64,000 nucleotides of DNA from the human T2T-CHM13v2.0 reference genome, Homo sapiens. Position 1 is the first letter of the stretch, and each line of letters opens with the position of its first letter. The notes under the pieces are model-generated. The model was not told the origin of the DNA. It ran no database searches and saw only the letters and a list, made by a program, of their open reading frames with translations. Position numbers and translations under genes: made by a program. Below are positions 42,570 to 57,017 of this stretch, piece by piece. Where the stretch lies: NCBI RefSeq assembly GCF_009914755.1, contig NC_060932.1, one strand, 5' to 3'.

Positions 42570-43289
42570 GGCCAGGGCTCAACGTGTATCAGGAGTGACC
42601 AGGGCCAGGGCTCAGATTGTGTTGAGGCCAGGGCTCAACGTGTATCAGGAGTGACCAGGGCCAGGGCTCAGATTGTGTTGAGGTCAGGGCTCAACGTGTA
42701 TCAGGAGTGACCAGGGCCAGGGCTCAGATTGTGTTGAGGCCAGGGCTCAACGTGTATCAGGAGTGACCAGGGCCAGGGCTCAGATTGTGTTGAGGCCAGG
42801 GCTCAACGTGTATCAGGAGTGACCAGGGCCAGGGCTCAGATTGTGTTGAGGCCAGGGCTCAACGTGTATCAGGAGTGACCAGGGCCAGGGCTCAGATTGT
42901 GTTGAGGCCAGGGCTCAACGTGTATCAGGAGTGACCAGGGCCAGGGCTCAGATTGTGTTGAGGCCAGGGCTCAACGTGTATCAGGAGTGACCAGGGCCAG
43001 GGCTCAGATTGTGTTGAGGCCAGGGCTCAACGTGTATCAGGAGTGACCAGGGCCAGGGCTCAGATTGTGTTGAGGCCAGGGCTCAACGTGTATCAGGAGT
43101 GACCAGGGCCAGGGCTCAGATTGTGTTGAGGCCAGGGCTCAACGTGTATCAGGAGTGACCAGGGCCAGGGCTCAGATTGTGATTGAGGCCAGGGCTCAAC
43201 GTGTATCAGGAGTGACCAGGGCCAGGGCTCAGATTGTGATTGAGGTCAGGGCTCAATGTGTATCAGGAGTGACCAGGGTCAGGGCTCAG
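42570..43289. repeat. 56-bp VNTR, about 13 near-identical copies
   Basis: AACGTGTATC recurs every 56 bp from 42581 to 43141; the last two periods are 57 bp. Confidence 0.98.
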
Positions 43290-44559
43290 GAGGTAAGGGA
43301 GCTCAGGGTGCTCTCTGAAGTTAGGCCTCTTAGTGACCATCTTCAGCTGGATCTTGCTGGACCAGAAGCCAGAGCTTTGACCCCACAGGTGTGCCCTACC
43401 TGGGCCCTGGAGGGGCAGGTCAGTCTTTCTTGAGTGCCATCCTTTCACCCATGTTTTAAGCCTCCTGTTGACAAGGATCTGGACACAGGATTACATTCCA
43501 AGTCCTTGCTCAAAGCCTGAGCCGTCTCCACCCCATCAGCCACGTTGGTTGTGTCCCTGACCCGGACCCGGCCTCCCCTGCAGACCCTCGGGGCTCCCTC
43601 CCTAATCCCACCCTTCTGCACGCACCTGGGCCAGGACATGGGCAGTCACAGCTGACAGATTGTTTAGGGGATCAGGAAGCCGGTGGGTGTGCAGCAGATG
43701 CCTGTGTGGACATGCACACATGCACACTCATGCCCGCTTCCAGGCAGGAAGACCGGAGGCTGCACGTGGGCAGCGGCGGGTGGTGGTAGTCCTTGACCAG
43801 GGTGTGAGTCCAGTTTGTCTTCAACCTGGTGCTGGGAAGTGGGGTTGGGGAGGGTGTGAGGCATCCTGGGGTCCTTGGTGGGTTAGACTCCTGAAACCCA
43901 GCAGGTTTCTTGTGTCTCTGAGCCTCAGTTTCCCCTTCCCATAGCTTGGGAAGAAGAGACTGGCATCTCCCCAGGGTTCCTATGTGGGCGACACAGATCA
44001 ACGTGTCAATGGTTTCCTCACTGTCCCTATCTGACCGCATGGCCCTGCCTGTCTCTCCTCCTCCCTGGAGCCCATGTTTGGGACTTCCACATTTGGTCCC
44101 TGAGCCTTCATGGAGTAGCTCCTCTGTGGGGAACCCTGGACCAGGTGCAGCAGGGAGTCGGGAGAGAGCAGATGGACTCCCTGCACTGATGGGGCTCACG
44201 GGGCCCTGGGAGAGAGTATCAACTTGGATGGTGACGATCCAGCAGGGCCACAGCTGAATGGAGGTGAGGACGAGGGCCCACGGGGCTTGGGGCACAGTGG
44301 CTGCCTCTGCTCAGAGACAGCTTCCCAGACCACACGGCGGCCCAGCTGTGTGTGGGAGGCATAGGAGCTCTCCTGAGGAAAGGCATGGGAAACAGAGGGA
44401 ATAGCAAGTGCGAAGACCTGGTATGGAAGTAAGAAGTGACTGGAGTGTTGCTTGGGGGTGGTGAGCAGGAGGCAATGCATCAGGCAGGCGGAACCCTGCC
44501 CCTCCCAGGCTGACCCCAGCCAGACGGGGAAGGACCTGGGTCCCTGCTGTGGGTGGTGA

Positions 44560-45921
<1,362 letters not shown>

Positions 45922-46450
45922 TGATGCTTAACCCAAGAGTAGGTGCTGTCAGGCCGAAACATCTGTTCTGGTCCTTGGCTGGCTTTCCCAAGGCCCTGAG
46001 TGTCCTAGGGCCTTGTGACTTCCTCTGTGAACTGGAAAACAGCCCCCAACTCCAGTCCCTGCCTGGCTAGGCTTGCCTGAGCAGAGCAGAGGTGAGAGGC
46101 AGGAAAGATCCAGCAGCCTCAGAGCTGTGAACGGTGCCAGCCCCGTGATTGACATGTCAGCCGCACTAATAGTATCGCTTCATCTCTCCAGACTCTCCCT
46201 TTCCCGGTTTGTCCACTGTTCTGTTTGGAAATAAGGTTGTGCCCTTAGTCATACCTTGATAAGAAGGGAGACGCCCCTGCCTGCCCTCTCTCTTCTGTTC
46301 CACCTCCTCTGCCGAACGTTCAGGAGCTCCTCATTCAAAAGACCGTCAGATGAAATGTTTGCTAGAGATAACACTGTGAAGCATTTAGAAACACCTTGCA
46401 CCAGCCTACTTCTTAAATACTTGTTAAAAACGAGATCACACCCCAAATAG

Positions 46451-46780
<330 letters not shown>

Positions 46781-46892
46781 TAAATCCAGTTTTTATTCAG
46801 CAGAATGTTCCGAAAGATCCAGAGGGTAACATGTGGGCAAAGTCCCTGAGCCCTGGCTGGGGTGGCCTGGGTGGGGTTGCCTTCCTCCGACA

Positions 46893-46990
46893 CCCAACTC
46901 ATGTGGGCCCTGGGCGCCCAGCACCGGGTTCCTTCCCCCCAAACCCATCTCATCTGGACTCTGGGCACCCAGCGCCGGGTTCCTTCCCCC
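46893..46990. repeat. 51-bp diverged tandem duplication
   Basis: CCCAACTCATGTGGGCCCTGGGCGCCCAGCACCGGGTTCCTTCCCCC versus CCCATCTCATCTGGACTCTGGGCACCCAGCGCCGGGTTCCTTCCCCC. Confidence 0.85.
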
Positions 46991-47583
46991 AGGCCTTGAG
47001 CCTGGCTTTGCAGCTCCTGCTGCCCCAGGGCAGGTGGTGGTGGCCGCCCAGCCCTCACCCAGCCCCGAGTCCTGTGTGGAAGGCGATTCCTCCCACTTTA
47101 CCGGGGAGGACACAGAGGCTGAGCGTGGTCACGGCCGGAGCCCCAGCGCAGCATCTGAGCTGCAGGCTGGCCGCCCCCCACCCCGCTGCACCCCCATATT
47201 CCACTCACAGACCTTCTTCCTGCTGAACACAGCTGGGCCCTGACGCCTCTGTGCCTTGGCCACAAGGCACCTTCTGCTCACTCAGCTGTCCCTCCAGTCC
47301 CCGTAGGGCTGCAGACCCAGGCCCACCCAGTCACAGGCCTGGCAGCGAGGGGGAACAAAAGGGTCAAGGGGCCGCCCAGGGCTGGGAAGGGCCTTGCTCC
47401 ACCTCGCTCTCCTCCATTCCCCGTGTGGGCCTCCGTCTCCCATTCTGTGAAATGACCCGTTTGGGCCACAGGGTCCCCAAGTCCTCTTGGCTTGGGGCCG
47501 TCTGTTCCAAGAGGAGGGGCCATATTGGTCCTTGAGGCCCCTGCGGCCCAGTAAGTCTGCAGTGAGGCCTCCCTGGACGTATA

Positions 47584-48169
47584 TATCAACAAAAAGTCAA
47601 ACTCCGTAAAGTGTTTGAGACATTTATTCTGAGCCAAAGATGAATGGCCGGGGGCCCATGACAGCCCCAGGAGACCCTCAGACCATGTGTTCAAGGTGGT
47701 CGGGCCACAGCTAGGTTTCATACATTTTAGGGGGACACAAGGCATCAATCAATACACATAAGCTGTACATTGGTTACGCCTAGAAAGGCGGAACCACCGG
47801 AAGCGGGGATGCTTCCAGGTCATAGGTGGATTCGAAGATTTTCTGATTGGCCGTTGGTTGAAAGAGTTATTGTCGGTAGATAGGAATGTCTGGGTTAAGA
47901 TAATGGGTTGTGCAGACCGAGGTTTCATCATGCAGATGAAGCCTCCAGGCAGCAGACTGCAGAGAGAATGGATGGGAGATGTTTATTATCAGACTGAAAG
48001 ACTGTTCTGCCAGTCATTCCAAAAGGGAGGGGGGATAACAAGGTATGTCCGTCTCCCGCTTCCCACCGTGGCCTGAACTCGCTTTTCAGGTTCACTTTGG
48101 AATGTCCTTAGCCAAGACGAGGGTCCGTTCGTTTGGCTGGGGGTCTTAGGATTGATTTTCTGGTTTCCA
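47584..48169 (-). mobile_element. MER4-family (ERV1) solo LTR
   Basis: Reverse complement begins TGGAAACCAGAAAATCAATCCTAAGACCCCCAGCC. AATAAA at plus 47623-47628. Flanks TATA/TATG could be a 4-bp TSD. Confidence 0.88.
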
Positions 48170-48762
48170 TATGCAATGGGAGTCGGGGAGAGATGGGGTG
48201 GGGGCAGCCTGAGGCTCAGCCCTGGCCAAGGAAGCCCCCTCCAGGCATTGGCCAGGTTCTGACTCCTACAGTGTTACAGCCGGCAGGGAACTTGGACCCA
48301 CAAGCTCCTCCCCTCCCCAAGCCTCAGTTTCCTTGTTTGTAAGATGATGCCTGGGGTCCTTGCTTCCTTGTAGGGCTCAAACAAGATCCCAGGCTCTATT
48401 AGGAACAGTGCCAAGGCAGGGGGCCCCCAACAGCTCAAGCAGGCTGGAGTTTGGTGCTCACGGAGTAGGGGAAGCTGGTGGCTTCTCAGGCTCATGACAT
48501 TGTCCCTGCAGGGTGCAGGGCTATTCCCTGGTGGGGCTGGGGGTGTGTGTGGCCATTGGCAGGAGCCCCGATGTTCTCATCCATGAGTCAGCAGAGATGG
48601 GAACATCAATTTATTTGAGTGGCTGGTGCAGCCGAGTCCTTGGAGGACAAGGAGTTTTTGCCAAGCCTGGGCCGAATGTGCCAGGGCTTGGGGCAGGGAA
48701 ACTGTGTCCAGGGACACAGCTTCAAGGGCCCCTGGTTGATGTCCCCAGGGCCTGCTGAGTGC

Positions 48763-48832
48763 CAGGCCCTGGGACTCAGAGAGGACACCACCCGATGCAG
48801 GCCCTGGGACTCAGAGAGGACACCACCGGATG
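48763..48832. repeat. 35-bp tandem duplication (1 mismatch)
   Basis: CAGGCCCTGGGACTCAGAGAGGACACCACCSGATG x2. Confidence 0.92.
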
Positions 48833-49539
48833 GAGCTGCCCAAAGGGAGTGCCAGTCGGATGTGGGGGTGGGGGAAGAGGAGGGACCAGGATGTGACGGG
48901 TCCGAGGTCTCACGGGGTGCCCAGGTGGGCTGGATTTACAGAGCATGGGCGGCCTGCAGGACCATGAAGGGGCAATGGGGGCAGAAGACAGAGGTTGGAG
49001 GCAGGGTGGCATGGAGGGTCTCGGGGCAGGGGCAGGAGGGTCTCCAGGGTGGTCAGTCTGCTGCAGTCAGCAGAGGGCACTGGAGGGGCCTGGGCTCAGG
49101 CTCCAGGTAGAGCTGACCTAGCCCAGAATGGGCAGGTGAGGGAAGGCCACCGCCTGGTGGGCTTGGCTGTCCCCTCACCTGGACCCCATCGCCGGCCTCT
49201 TCCTTGCACGGGGTAGATGCTCATTGATGTGGTGACGTCTAGCAGGAGGATGGCCCTGGGCAGGGCTGTGAGCTGGGAGACCTGGGCTGGGATCTCAGCT
49301 TTGGGCCCACACACTGGGATGGAGGAGTGTTTACTGCTGTCTCTGAATGGCTGCAGGAAGGCTGAGGGGGCACATGGTTGATGGGCCAGGCCACTCTGGG
49401 CACAGTTGCTGAGAGTCGGCTCTTCCTAAGTGGGGGCACCCGGGGTGGTGGAAGGGAGTCAGATGCCAATTCCCAATGGGTCCTGGTGGTCGTGCCCTGC
49501 TGCAGGGCCTTGGCACCCGCCGCCATAGCCATGGAGTCC

Positions 49540-49860
49540 AGGGGGGCCCCCAGGGGCTGGAAAGGCAGGGAAACAGATTCTCCTTGGGAGCCTCCAAGGA
49601 AGCCAGCCCTGGCTAGCACGTCTGTGCTCTGTCTCTGGCTTTGCCTGTTCTGGACATCTCTGGAGGTGTGAGCACCATGTGGCCTTTCGTGTCTGGCTTC
49701 TTTCACTTAGCACGGTGGCTTCAGGTCCCTCCGCATTATCGCATGTGCCAGTGCTTTGCTCCTTTTTACACCTGAGTAATCGTCCACTGTGGAGTCATCC
49801 TTTCAGCTGCTGAGAGATGCGTGGGCAGTTTCCACCTGCAGCCATCGTGAGTAGTCGGGT
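49540..49860. mobile_element. MLT1 fragment (+) abutting an L1M fragment (-)
   Basis: GCTGGAAAGGCAGGGAAACAGATTCTCCTTGGGAGCCTCC, then GTGTCTGGCTTCTTTCACTTAGCA. Confidence 0.7.
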
Positions 49861-51739
49861 GAGGCTGCTGAAGCAGACGAGTGAGGGCACTGCCCGGGCC
49901 ATTTGGGCTGGAGCGGGGGTTTGAACTCCTCTTTGTGGGACGGAGGCTGTGTTCTTGCCCACACCTCTCCCTGCTCCAGGCCTGTCTTCCCCTTGGGACT
50001 GGGACTATGACTTGGTGGCTTCAGCCTCCGCAGGGTGAGCCTGATCCTGAGAGTCAGGCTGGGCTGAGGAGGACGGGTGGGCCTCCTGGGGGAGGTGACG
50101 ACTTCGGACTGGACCTTGCAGGAGGGATGGGCTGTCTGAGGATGGGAGATGGGAGGAGGTATTGCAGGTTGGGCAGCAGGTGAGGCTGAGCTGGGAAGGG
50201 AGGTGGTTGAGGCTGGTTCTTGGGCTGAGTGCTGGGGAGGGGTCGGCCGGGGATCACCGAGAGGTCCCTCCAGGCTGCATGAGCAGAGGAGACACCCTAC
50301 GGGTGATCTTCTTGCCTTTGTTTCTAGAATTCACAAATCCTACAATTCTAAGCTCTCAGAACCCTTGGATCTGAAGGTTCTCAAATGCTAAGGTTTCTAG
50401 ATGTTAGCAGACGAAGGTGTCAGGACGCATGGGATCTACGATGCAGAGTTCTGAGTGGGGATATGCGTCCCCCACCCCGACTCACCCCACGACACATATC
50501 AGTAACAGCCTCTGCAACTCCGCCTTGGTGCCCCCGCACGTTCCAGGGGCAGCCACACTGATGGATTGCTCAGAACGGGCTGGAGGTGAGATGTGTTTGC
50601 CCGGAGCCCCCACACACTGTCGTCTCCAGCTGTGCCTGTCCCTCCCCACCTTCCACTCTGTGTCTCTTCCCTGCCCCCCTTGTGCCCCAGCCCCAGCACC
50701 CCCTGTTCTTTCCTGCCACCCAATCCTGTGCCCCACGACAAGGAGGCTGAGCCCAGGGATGGCCAGGAAGGAACCCCCGGCAGGCTCTCAGGGTGGGAGA
50801 GAGGTTGTGGGGATCAGGGGCTTTGCAGAAGGGACAGGGAGGCAGCCCAGAGCACCCCAGCTTCTTGGCCAGCAGCAGGTAACCTGGCTAGAGGGCGGGG
50901 CCCCCATGGGCCATCCCTGGGCCAGCTGCCCAGGGCTACCAGGAAGGCAGCTTGTTTTGTAGGAGGTCAGGCAGCGCCCTAACCCCACCTCTTGTCTTCC
51001 CTGATGTCACACCCCAGGGTCAGCCCCTTGGGCCGGAATGCGGGTGATGGTGGGAACCGGGAAGCTGAGAGAACAGGGAGGAGGCCGGGTGGGGCACACC
51101 AGGCTGTGGCTGTGGGGATGGGGAGATTCCTCGCCTGGGCAGGCCGGGCAGCAGCGGGGCAGTCCTGGGGGGTGTGGTAAACGCTTCTGCTCTCTTCCCC
51201 TGACTACATGGGAGCCTCCGTCCCACCTCACCTGGAAAAGGGGCTTGGAACTGGGCTGCTCGGCCTTGGGCACACCAAACGGGGCCCTTGGAGCCCTGGG
51301 CTTCCTGGGGTGGCTGGGTCCCCACCCTGCCTCTGATCCATCCTGAGTCTGCATTTCTTCTCCAGGTGCCCCCTGCCCTTGGCCTCCCACCACGGCCTGG
51401 GAGTAGATAGTGGGCTGGGGCAGGCCCAGCGCTGTCCTCTGTGGGAAAGGAGGACTCTGGGCCTGGAAATAGTTGAGTGTGGACAGAAATAACCCTGACT
51501 GGCCTCAAAACAGAACATGGAAAATTAAATAGGGAACATTAGCATTCACCCCGCGCTTGCCACAGCCACTGTCCCATTTGGGAGGCGGGCGCGCTTATCC
51601 TCATTTAGAGACAGGGAAACTGCGGCCCAGAGAGGGGAGGTGACCTTCCTGAGGTTCCTCTGCCAGCCGGCCAGGCCCTGTGACCCCTGTGCCTCTGTGC
51701 TTCCACTACACAGCCGCATCTCCACTTCTGCCCCGACAG

Positions 51740-51990
51740 TTCCTGCTGCAGCAGATGCCCTTCCAGATGCAAACTCCTACGCATCCTTCAAAACCCAGCT
51801 AAATGTCACTTCCTCCGGAAAGCCTTCCCCACCTCTCTAGCAGGCAGTTGAGCCCAGCTTACATTTCCGACAGGCCCTCACTGCCCGGGATTGCAGCTGC
51901 GGGCTCCTTGAGGGCAGGGATTGTCCCTCATTCATCCTGATTCCATGCCAAGGCTTATAGTAGGTGCTCAATAAATGCTTGCTGAATGAT
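51740..51990 (+). mobile_element. L2 3' end
   Basis: CTCCTTGAGGGCAGGGA...TAGTAGGTGCTCAATAAATGCTTGCTGAATGA. Confidence 0.85.
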
Positions 51991-52603
51991 AGATGGGCTG
52001 TGTGTGGTGCTAAGTTGAATGCCTTGTCCCTTTCCCACAATTTCATCTCAACCACCCAAGAATTTAGCATGAGTATGGCTGTTTTACTAAGGAGCAAACA
52101 GGCTTACAGAGGTGAACTCACCTGCTCCAAGGTCACACAACAGTCAAGGGCTGGACCTGGGATTTGGTCCCAGCCCCGCAAACACAGCCCCACTACGTAC
52201 CTAGCATGGGCTCAGGTAGGCCCTAGGGGTGGGCAGTGTATCTGACCACTCGTCCTGTCCACCTTCCCCTGCACCTGTGGCCCCACGGACCCCTGGGCTG
52301 GCTCTCAGGTGTGGCATCTCCACCTTCCCCCACAGGCCCAGAACCCACCCTGCTGGGCCAGCATCGTCTCCCAAGGGCTCCCACACAGACACAGTGGGAG
52401 CCCCTTCCCTCAGGCTGGCCCCCAACTTGTCCCCTTAGAGGGGTCGTTGGTAAGCACTGTGGCCTGAGGCTTCCTCTGTGAGAGACTTGTGGGGGTCATG
52501 CCACAGGGGAAGAGGGAAGTGAATGGATAGAAGGTTCTAGAACTATTAGCTATTGCAGGGACAAGATATGAAGAAAGGATTTCAAATCCTGGTTTAAAGA
52601 ATC

Positions 52604-52722
52604 AGCCAGGCACAGTGGCTCATGCCTATAATTATAGCACTTTAGGAGGCTGAGGCAGGAGGATCCCTTGAACCCAGGAATTGGAGACCAGCCTGGGCAA
52701 CATGTTGAGACCCCATTTCTAC

Positions 52723-52757
<35 letters not shown>

Positions 52758-52930
52758 GATCTGACTATGGTTCCATGTGCCTGTAGTCCCAGCTACTGTG
52801 GGCATTGGGGTGAGGGTGGCTGTCGCTTGAGCCCAGGAGGTCAAGGCTGCAGTGAGCTGTGATTGCACCACTGCACTCCAGCCTGGGCGACAGAGCAAGA
52901 CCCTGCCTCAAAACTAAAAACAAACAAAAA
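52604..52930 (+). mobile_element. AluJ with a 28-A middle linker
   Basis: Dimeric Alu with AAAGAATCA target-site duplication on both sides. Confidence 0.92.
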
Positions 52931-54467
52931 GAATCAAGGTTCTGGGGTTCTGGAGTTGTTTCCATCTTTCCGGCCTCCCGCAGTCCAGCAAAGGCCTATG
53001 GGTGAGGCAGAGCGAGTGCTGGAGAAGGTGGCAGCAGGTGGCCTGCGGGCCAGTGGACAGGAAGGAAGTGAGACAGCTGGCAGGCGACTCGGAGCCCGGG
53101 AGCGGGAGTGGGCTGGAAAGACCCCTGGCCTGGCCCTGCCTTGGCTCCCCAGAGGGTGTCAGGGCCCAGTGGCCACACTGCCCGCTCCCTGGGGCCCCCT
53201 GACAGGAGTTCCCACCGACCTCTCCAGGAATCTGGGGCCCGGGCCTTGTGCCCACCTGCCAGGCCAGTCCACCCTCAGCTGAACCACAGTGGGGCAGATG
53301 GATACACAGGCAGGGGCGTGGCCCAGCTGTCGGGCCAGGGTCTACTGGACACTGTCACTGTCTCCCTCTGTCCCTACAGGTGGGGCCTGTCCCCTCTGCC
53401 TGACCCAAGGGGCCAGAGACCGCCGAGTGACACACACCCAAGCACTCTCTCCCTTGCCACCGGCTTTGGGGCAGGTGCCAGTGATCTGGTTGGCAATGCT
53501 CAGGACTGCCTGTCAGGACATCTGAGCCCTCAGGCTGGTTTCTCACTCCTGCCCACACAGCGGTCTCGGCTGCCAGGCTGTGTGACTCGGGGTGGGGGGC
53601 TCTGACCTCTCTGGGCTCACAGGTGATGAATGAGGTTTTTAACCTGAGGACCATGGATGGCCGTGGGGGCTCTTGGCTCCCCCGACAAGTGCAAGTGCAG
53701 CCTGTCATCCAGAAGGAGAGGCAGCTCCCCAGCTGCCCCCTGACCCCTACACAGCTGCCCAGCCCCAGCCCCACTGCTCTTCGCTGGGGTGACTCCAGAC
53801 AGGGCATTTTCTGTCTCCCTGCATGCTCCCCACCCATCTCTACAACAGGGAAAACAGTTTCGCTCTGCAAGGCAGCACACCACCTCGGGACCTGGAGAGA
53901 AGGCGAAGGTGAGGAGTGGGCTCTGCCCCGAGCTGTGTGCCCCGGGCAGAGTGAGGGCTCACTTCGCTGAGCCTCAGCCTCCTTCTGCTTGGGAGGAGGG
54001 CATTATAAGAACCCCTCCTGTCCGGGTATACAGAGGAGGGAGGAGCTAGCCTGCCTGTGCGTGGAGGGTGGAGGGTGGAGGGTGGAGGGCACTTGTACCC
54101 GACTCCATCTGCACTCCATCTGCAAGGCTGGCATGGGGCAGGCACACAGTGAAGACGCCCTCACTTGTCCCCAAGTTGGGAAGGCAAAGGAACCTGCAAG
54201 GCCACTCAGGTAAGGAGGAGTGCAGACATTCTCTCGAGGCTGTGACCCCTGAGCACAAGCCCTCCCCTAGGTGGGGAAAGAGACCTAGAGGGAGGGGCAG
54301 TCTGGAACGAGGTCCAGTCTGAGAACCTCTCCCAGGCCGGTCAGGAAGTCACAGATCCTCTGAGCATTCTTCCAGGATTGCTCAGCTCTGGGGACGACGC
54401 CTGGAGAGACAGGCGGCAGAGGAAGGTCGGAGGGTCCTGGTGCCTCTGCAGCAGCTCCCAGGCCAGC

Positions 54468-54485
54468 AGCGCCACCTGGTGGTCA
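54468..54485 (-). promoter_or_regulatory. CTCF motif
   Basis: Minus strand reads TGACCACCAGGTGGCGCT, a close match to the CTCF core. Confidence 0.75.
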
Positions 54486-54901
54486 TATGCCCCAGGCACT
54501 TCAATCCTGCCGGCATTCCCAGCGGATCAGTGGAGGGGCTGGGGCCAGCTGGAGGGGCTCGCCCAGGCTGGGCTGGGGCCCAGAATGTGCCCCCTTAGCT
54601 CTGCCCACCCCTATGTGTGTGCAAGTTCCAGGGAAAGCCCAGAGAAAATAGGGTTGGCCCCAGGGGAATGAGCCCCATTGGAGGGGTCGGCCACTGTGAT
54701 CATGGTGCATGGATGTAAGTGTGTGTATGGGGAGGCAGACGTTTTGTTGGGAGTGAGACCCTCAGTTATACCTGGCACAGGGTGGGTAGATAAACTGTTG
54801 ATTGAATTAATGAATGAACGTGCTGGGGACTGTCCAGAGGACAGCCCTGCTCCTTTCATTAGCTCAGTTCAATCACTGATTGAGTGCCAAACACCATGGG
54901 A

Positions 54902-54904
<3 letters not shown>

Positions 54905-54936
<32 letters not shown>

Positions 54937-56139
54937 GACTCACATACACACACAGGCTCACATACACACACACATACACATACTCACATACACACACATA
55001 CAGACTCACATACACACACAGACTCACATACACACACACATACACACACATACAGACTCACATACACACACACACAGACTCACATACACAGACACACACA
55101 GACTTACATACACACAGACACACACACACATACAGACTCACATATACACAGACTCACATACACAGAGACTCACATACACACAGACACACACACACTCAAA
55201 TACACAGACTCACATACTCACAGACACACACAGACTCAAATACACACACAGACTCACATACACACACACTCATACACACACATACAGACTCACATACACA
55301 TAGACACACACAGATTCACATACACACACAGACACACACACACAGACACACACAGACTCACACACACACACAGACTCACGTACACACACAGACTCACATA
55401 CACACACACATCCACATACTCACATACACACACATACAGACTCACATACACACACAGACTCACATACACACACATATACATACACACACAGACTCACATA
55501 CACACACACACTCACATACACAGACACACACAGACTTACATACACACAGACACACACACATACAGACTCACATATACACAGACTCACATACACAGAGACT
55601 CACATACACACAGACACACACAGACTCAAATACACACACAGACTCACATACACACACACTCATACACACACATACAGACTCACATACACATAGACACACA
55701 CAGATTCACATACACACACACAGACACACACACAGACACACACAGACACACACAGACTCACACACACACACAGACTCATGTACACACAGACTCATGCACA
55801 TATACATATACATAGGTACATACACACACTCACAAATGTAAATACATGTACACACACATATACAGACTCACATACACACATACACACATGTACGTATACA
55901 TACAAACACAAACATACACACACGTGCATACACAGACACACACAGCGACTCACGTACACACACGTACGTACACACACGTACATACACACATCACATATAC
56001 AATACATACACAGACTCACAAACACACACACAGACTCACATGCATATACACATACATACACATGCACATACATACACAATGTACACACAGACTCGCATAC
56101 ATATACACGTACATACACACAGATACGCAGACACATATA
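54905..56139. repeat. Complex CA-rich array (CAGACTCACATACACA-type units)
   Basis: About 1.2 kb of low-complexity sequence; CA-rich sequence resumes at 56536-56572 and 56987-57112. Confidence 0.97.
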
Positions 56140-56533
56140 CAACCATGCTCCACATAACATCGTTTCAGTCAGTGATGGGCTGCGTATATGACAGTGGTCC
56201 TGTCAGATTCCAAATAGCTGAAAAATGGCTGTTGCCCAGTGATGTCCCAGCCATCGTAACACTGTGGCACAGTGCGTTACCTTTTCTATGTGTGGATTTG
56301 TTTAGTTGCACACATACTTATCACCGTGTTACAGTCGCCCACAGGACTCAGTACAGTAACACGCGGTACAGGTTTGCAGCCTAGGAGCAAAGGCTACGGT
56401 GTAGAGCCGAGGGGTGCTGGAGGCCATTCCATCTGGGTTTGTGTAAGGACAGTCTGTGACGGTCCCCTAATGAGGAAATGGTCTAATGATGCATTTCTCA
56501 GAATGTGTCTTGTCAGTGAGTGACGCATGACTG
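56140..56533 (+). mobile_element. Tigger3/MER7-family DNA transposon relic
   Basis: Ends CAACCATGC... and ...GACGCATGACTG, TA on both flanks, internal CAGGTTTGCAGCCTAGGAGCAA. Confidence 0.88.
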
Positions 56534-56572
56534 TACATAGGTACATGGACACACACACTCACACATGCACAC

Positions 56573-56982
56573 TGCTGCAGTTTGCACGGGTGCCCCTAGG
56601 TTCACATGTCAGAAACTCGATCACCAGTGTGACAGTGTTGGGATGAGGGGCCACTGGGAGGTGTTTGAGTCATGCGGGCACCACCCTCATGAATGGATTA
56701 ATACGTTATCTCAGGAATGGTTCTTTTTCCCCCAAAGCAACAAAAGGTAAAAGCAGGGAATGGTTCATCATCCTGGGAGTGGGTTCCTTGGGAAAGGACA
56801 AGTTTGGCACACTCTCTGTCTCTGTCTGTCTCTCTATCTGTCTCGCCTTCACCACATGGGGCCCCTCCATCTTGGACTTCCCAGCCTCCAGAATTTGTTG
56901 AGCCAATTAATTCCTAGTCATTAGGAATTAGCCAGTTTGTGGTGTTCTGCACATGTGGTTATAGCAACAGAAAGTAGACTGA

Positions 56983-56986
<4 letters not shown>
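56573..56986 (+). mobile_element. MST-type MaLR solo LTR
   Basis: TG...CA ends, CCCTCATGAATGGATTAAT, TCTTGGACTTCCCAGCCTCCAGAA; CACAC on both flanks. Confidence 0.87.

Positions 56987-57017
<31 letters not shown>

Noticed and set aside
42570-43289. CRISPR-like appearance (GGCCAGGGCTCA repeats separated by spacers)
   Set aside because: The spacers are two alternating invariant sequences rather than unique ones, there are no cas genes, and the context is primate DNA.
53644-53664. Possible REST/RE1 site
   Set aside because: Too many mismatches at core positions.
54678-56191. His/Thr-rich ORFs up to 387 aa
   Set aside because: Translations of the CA-rich array.
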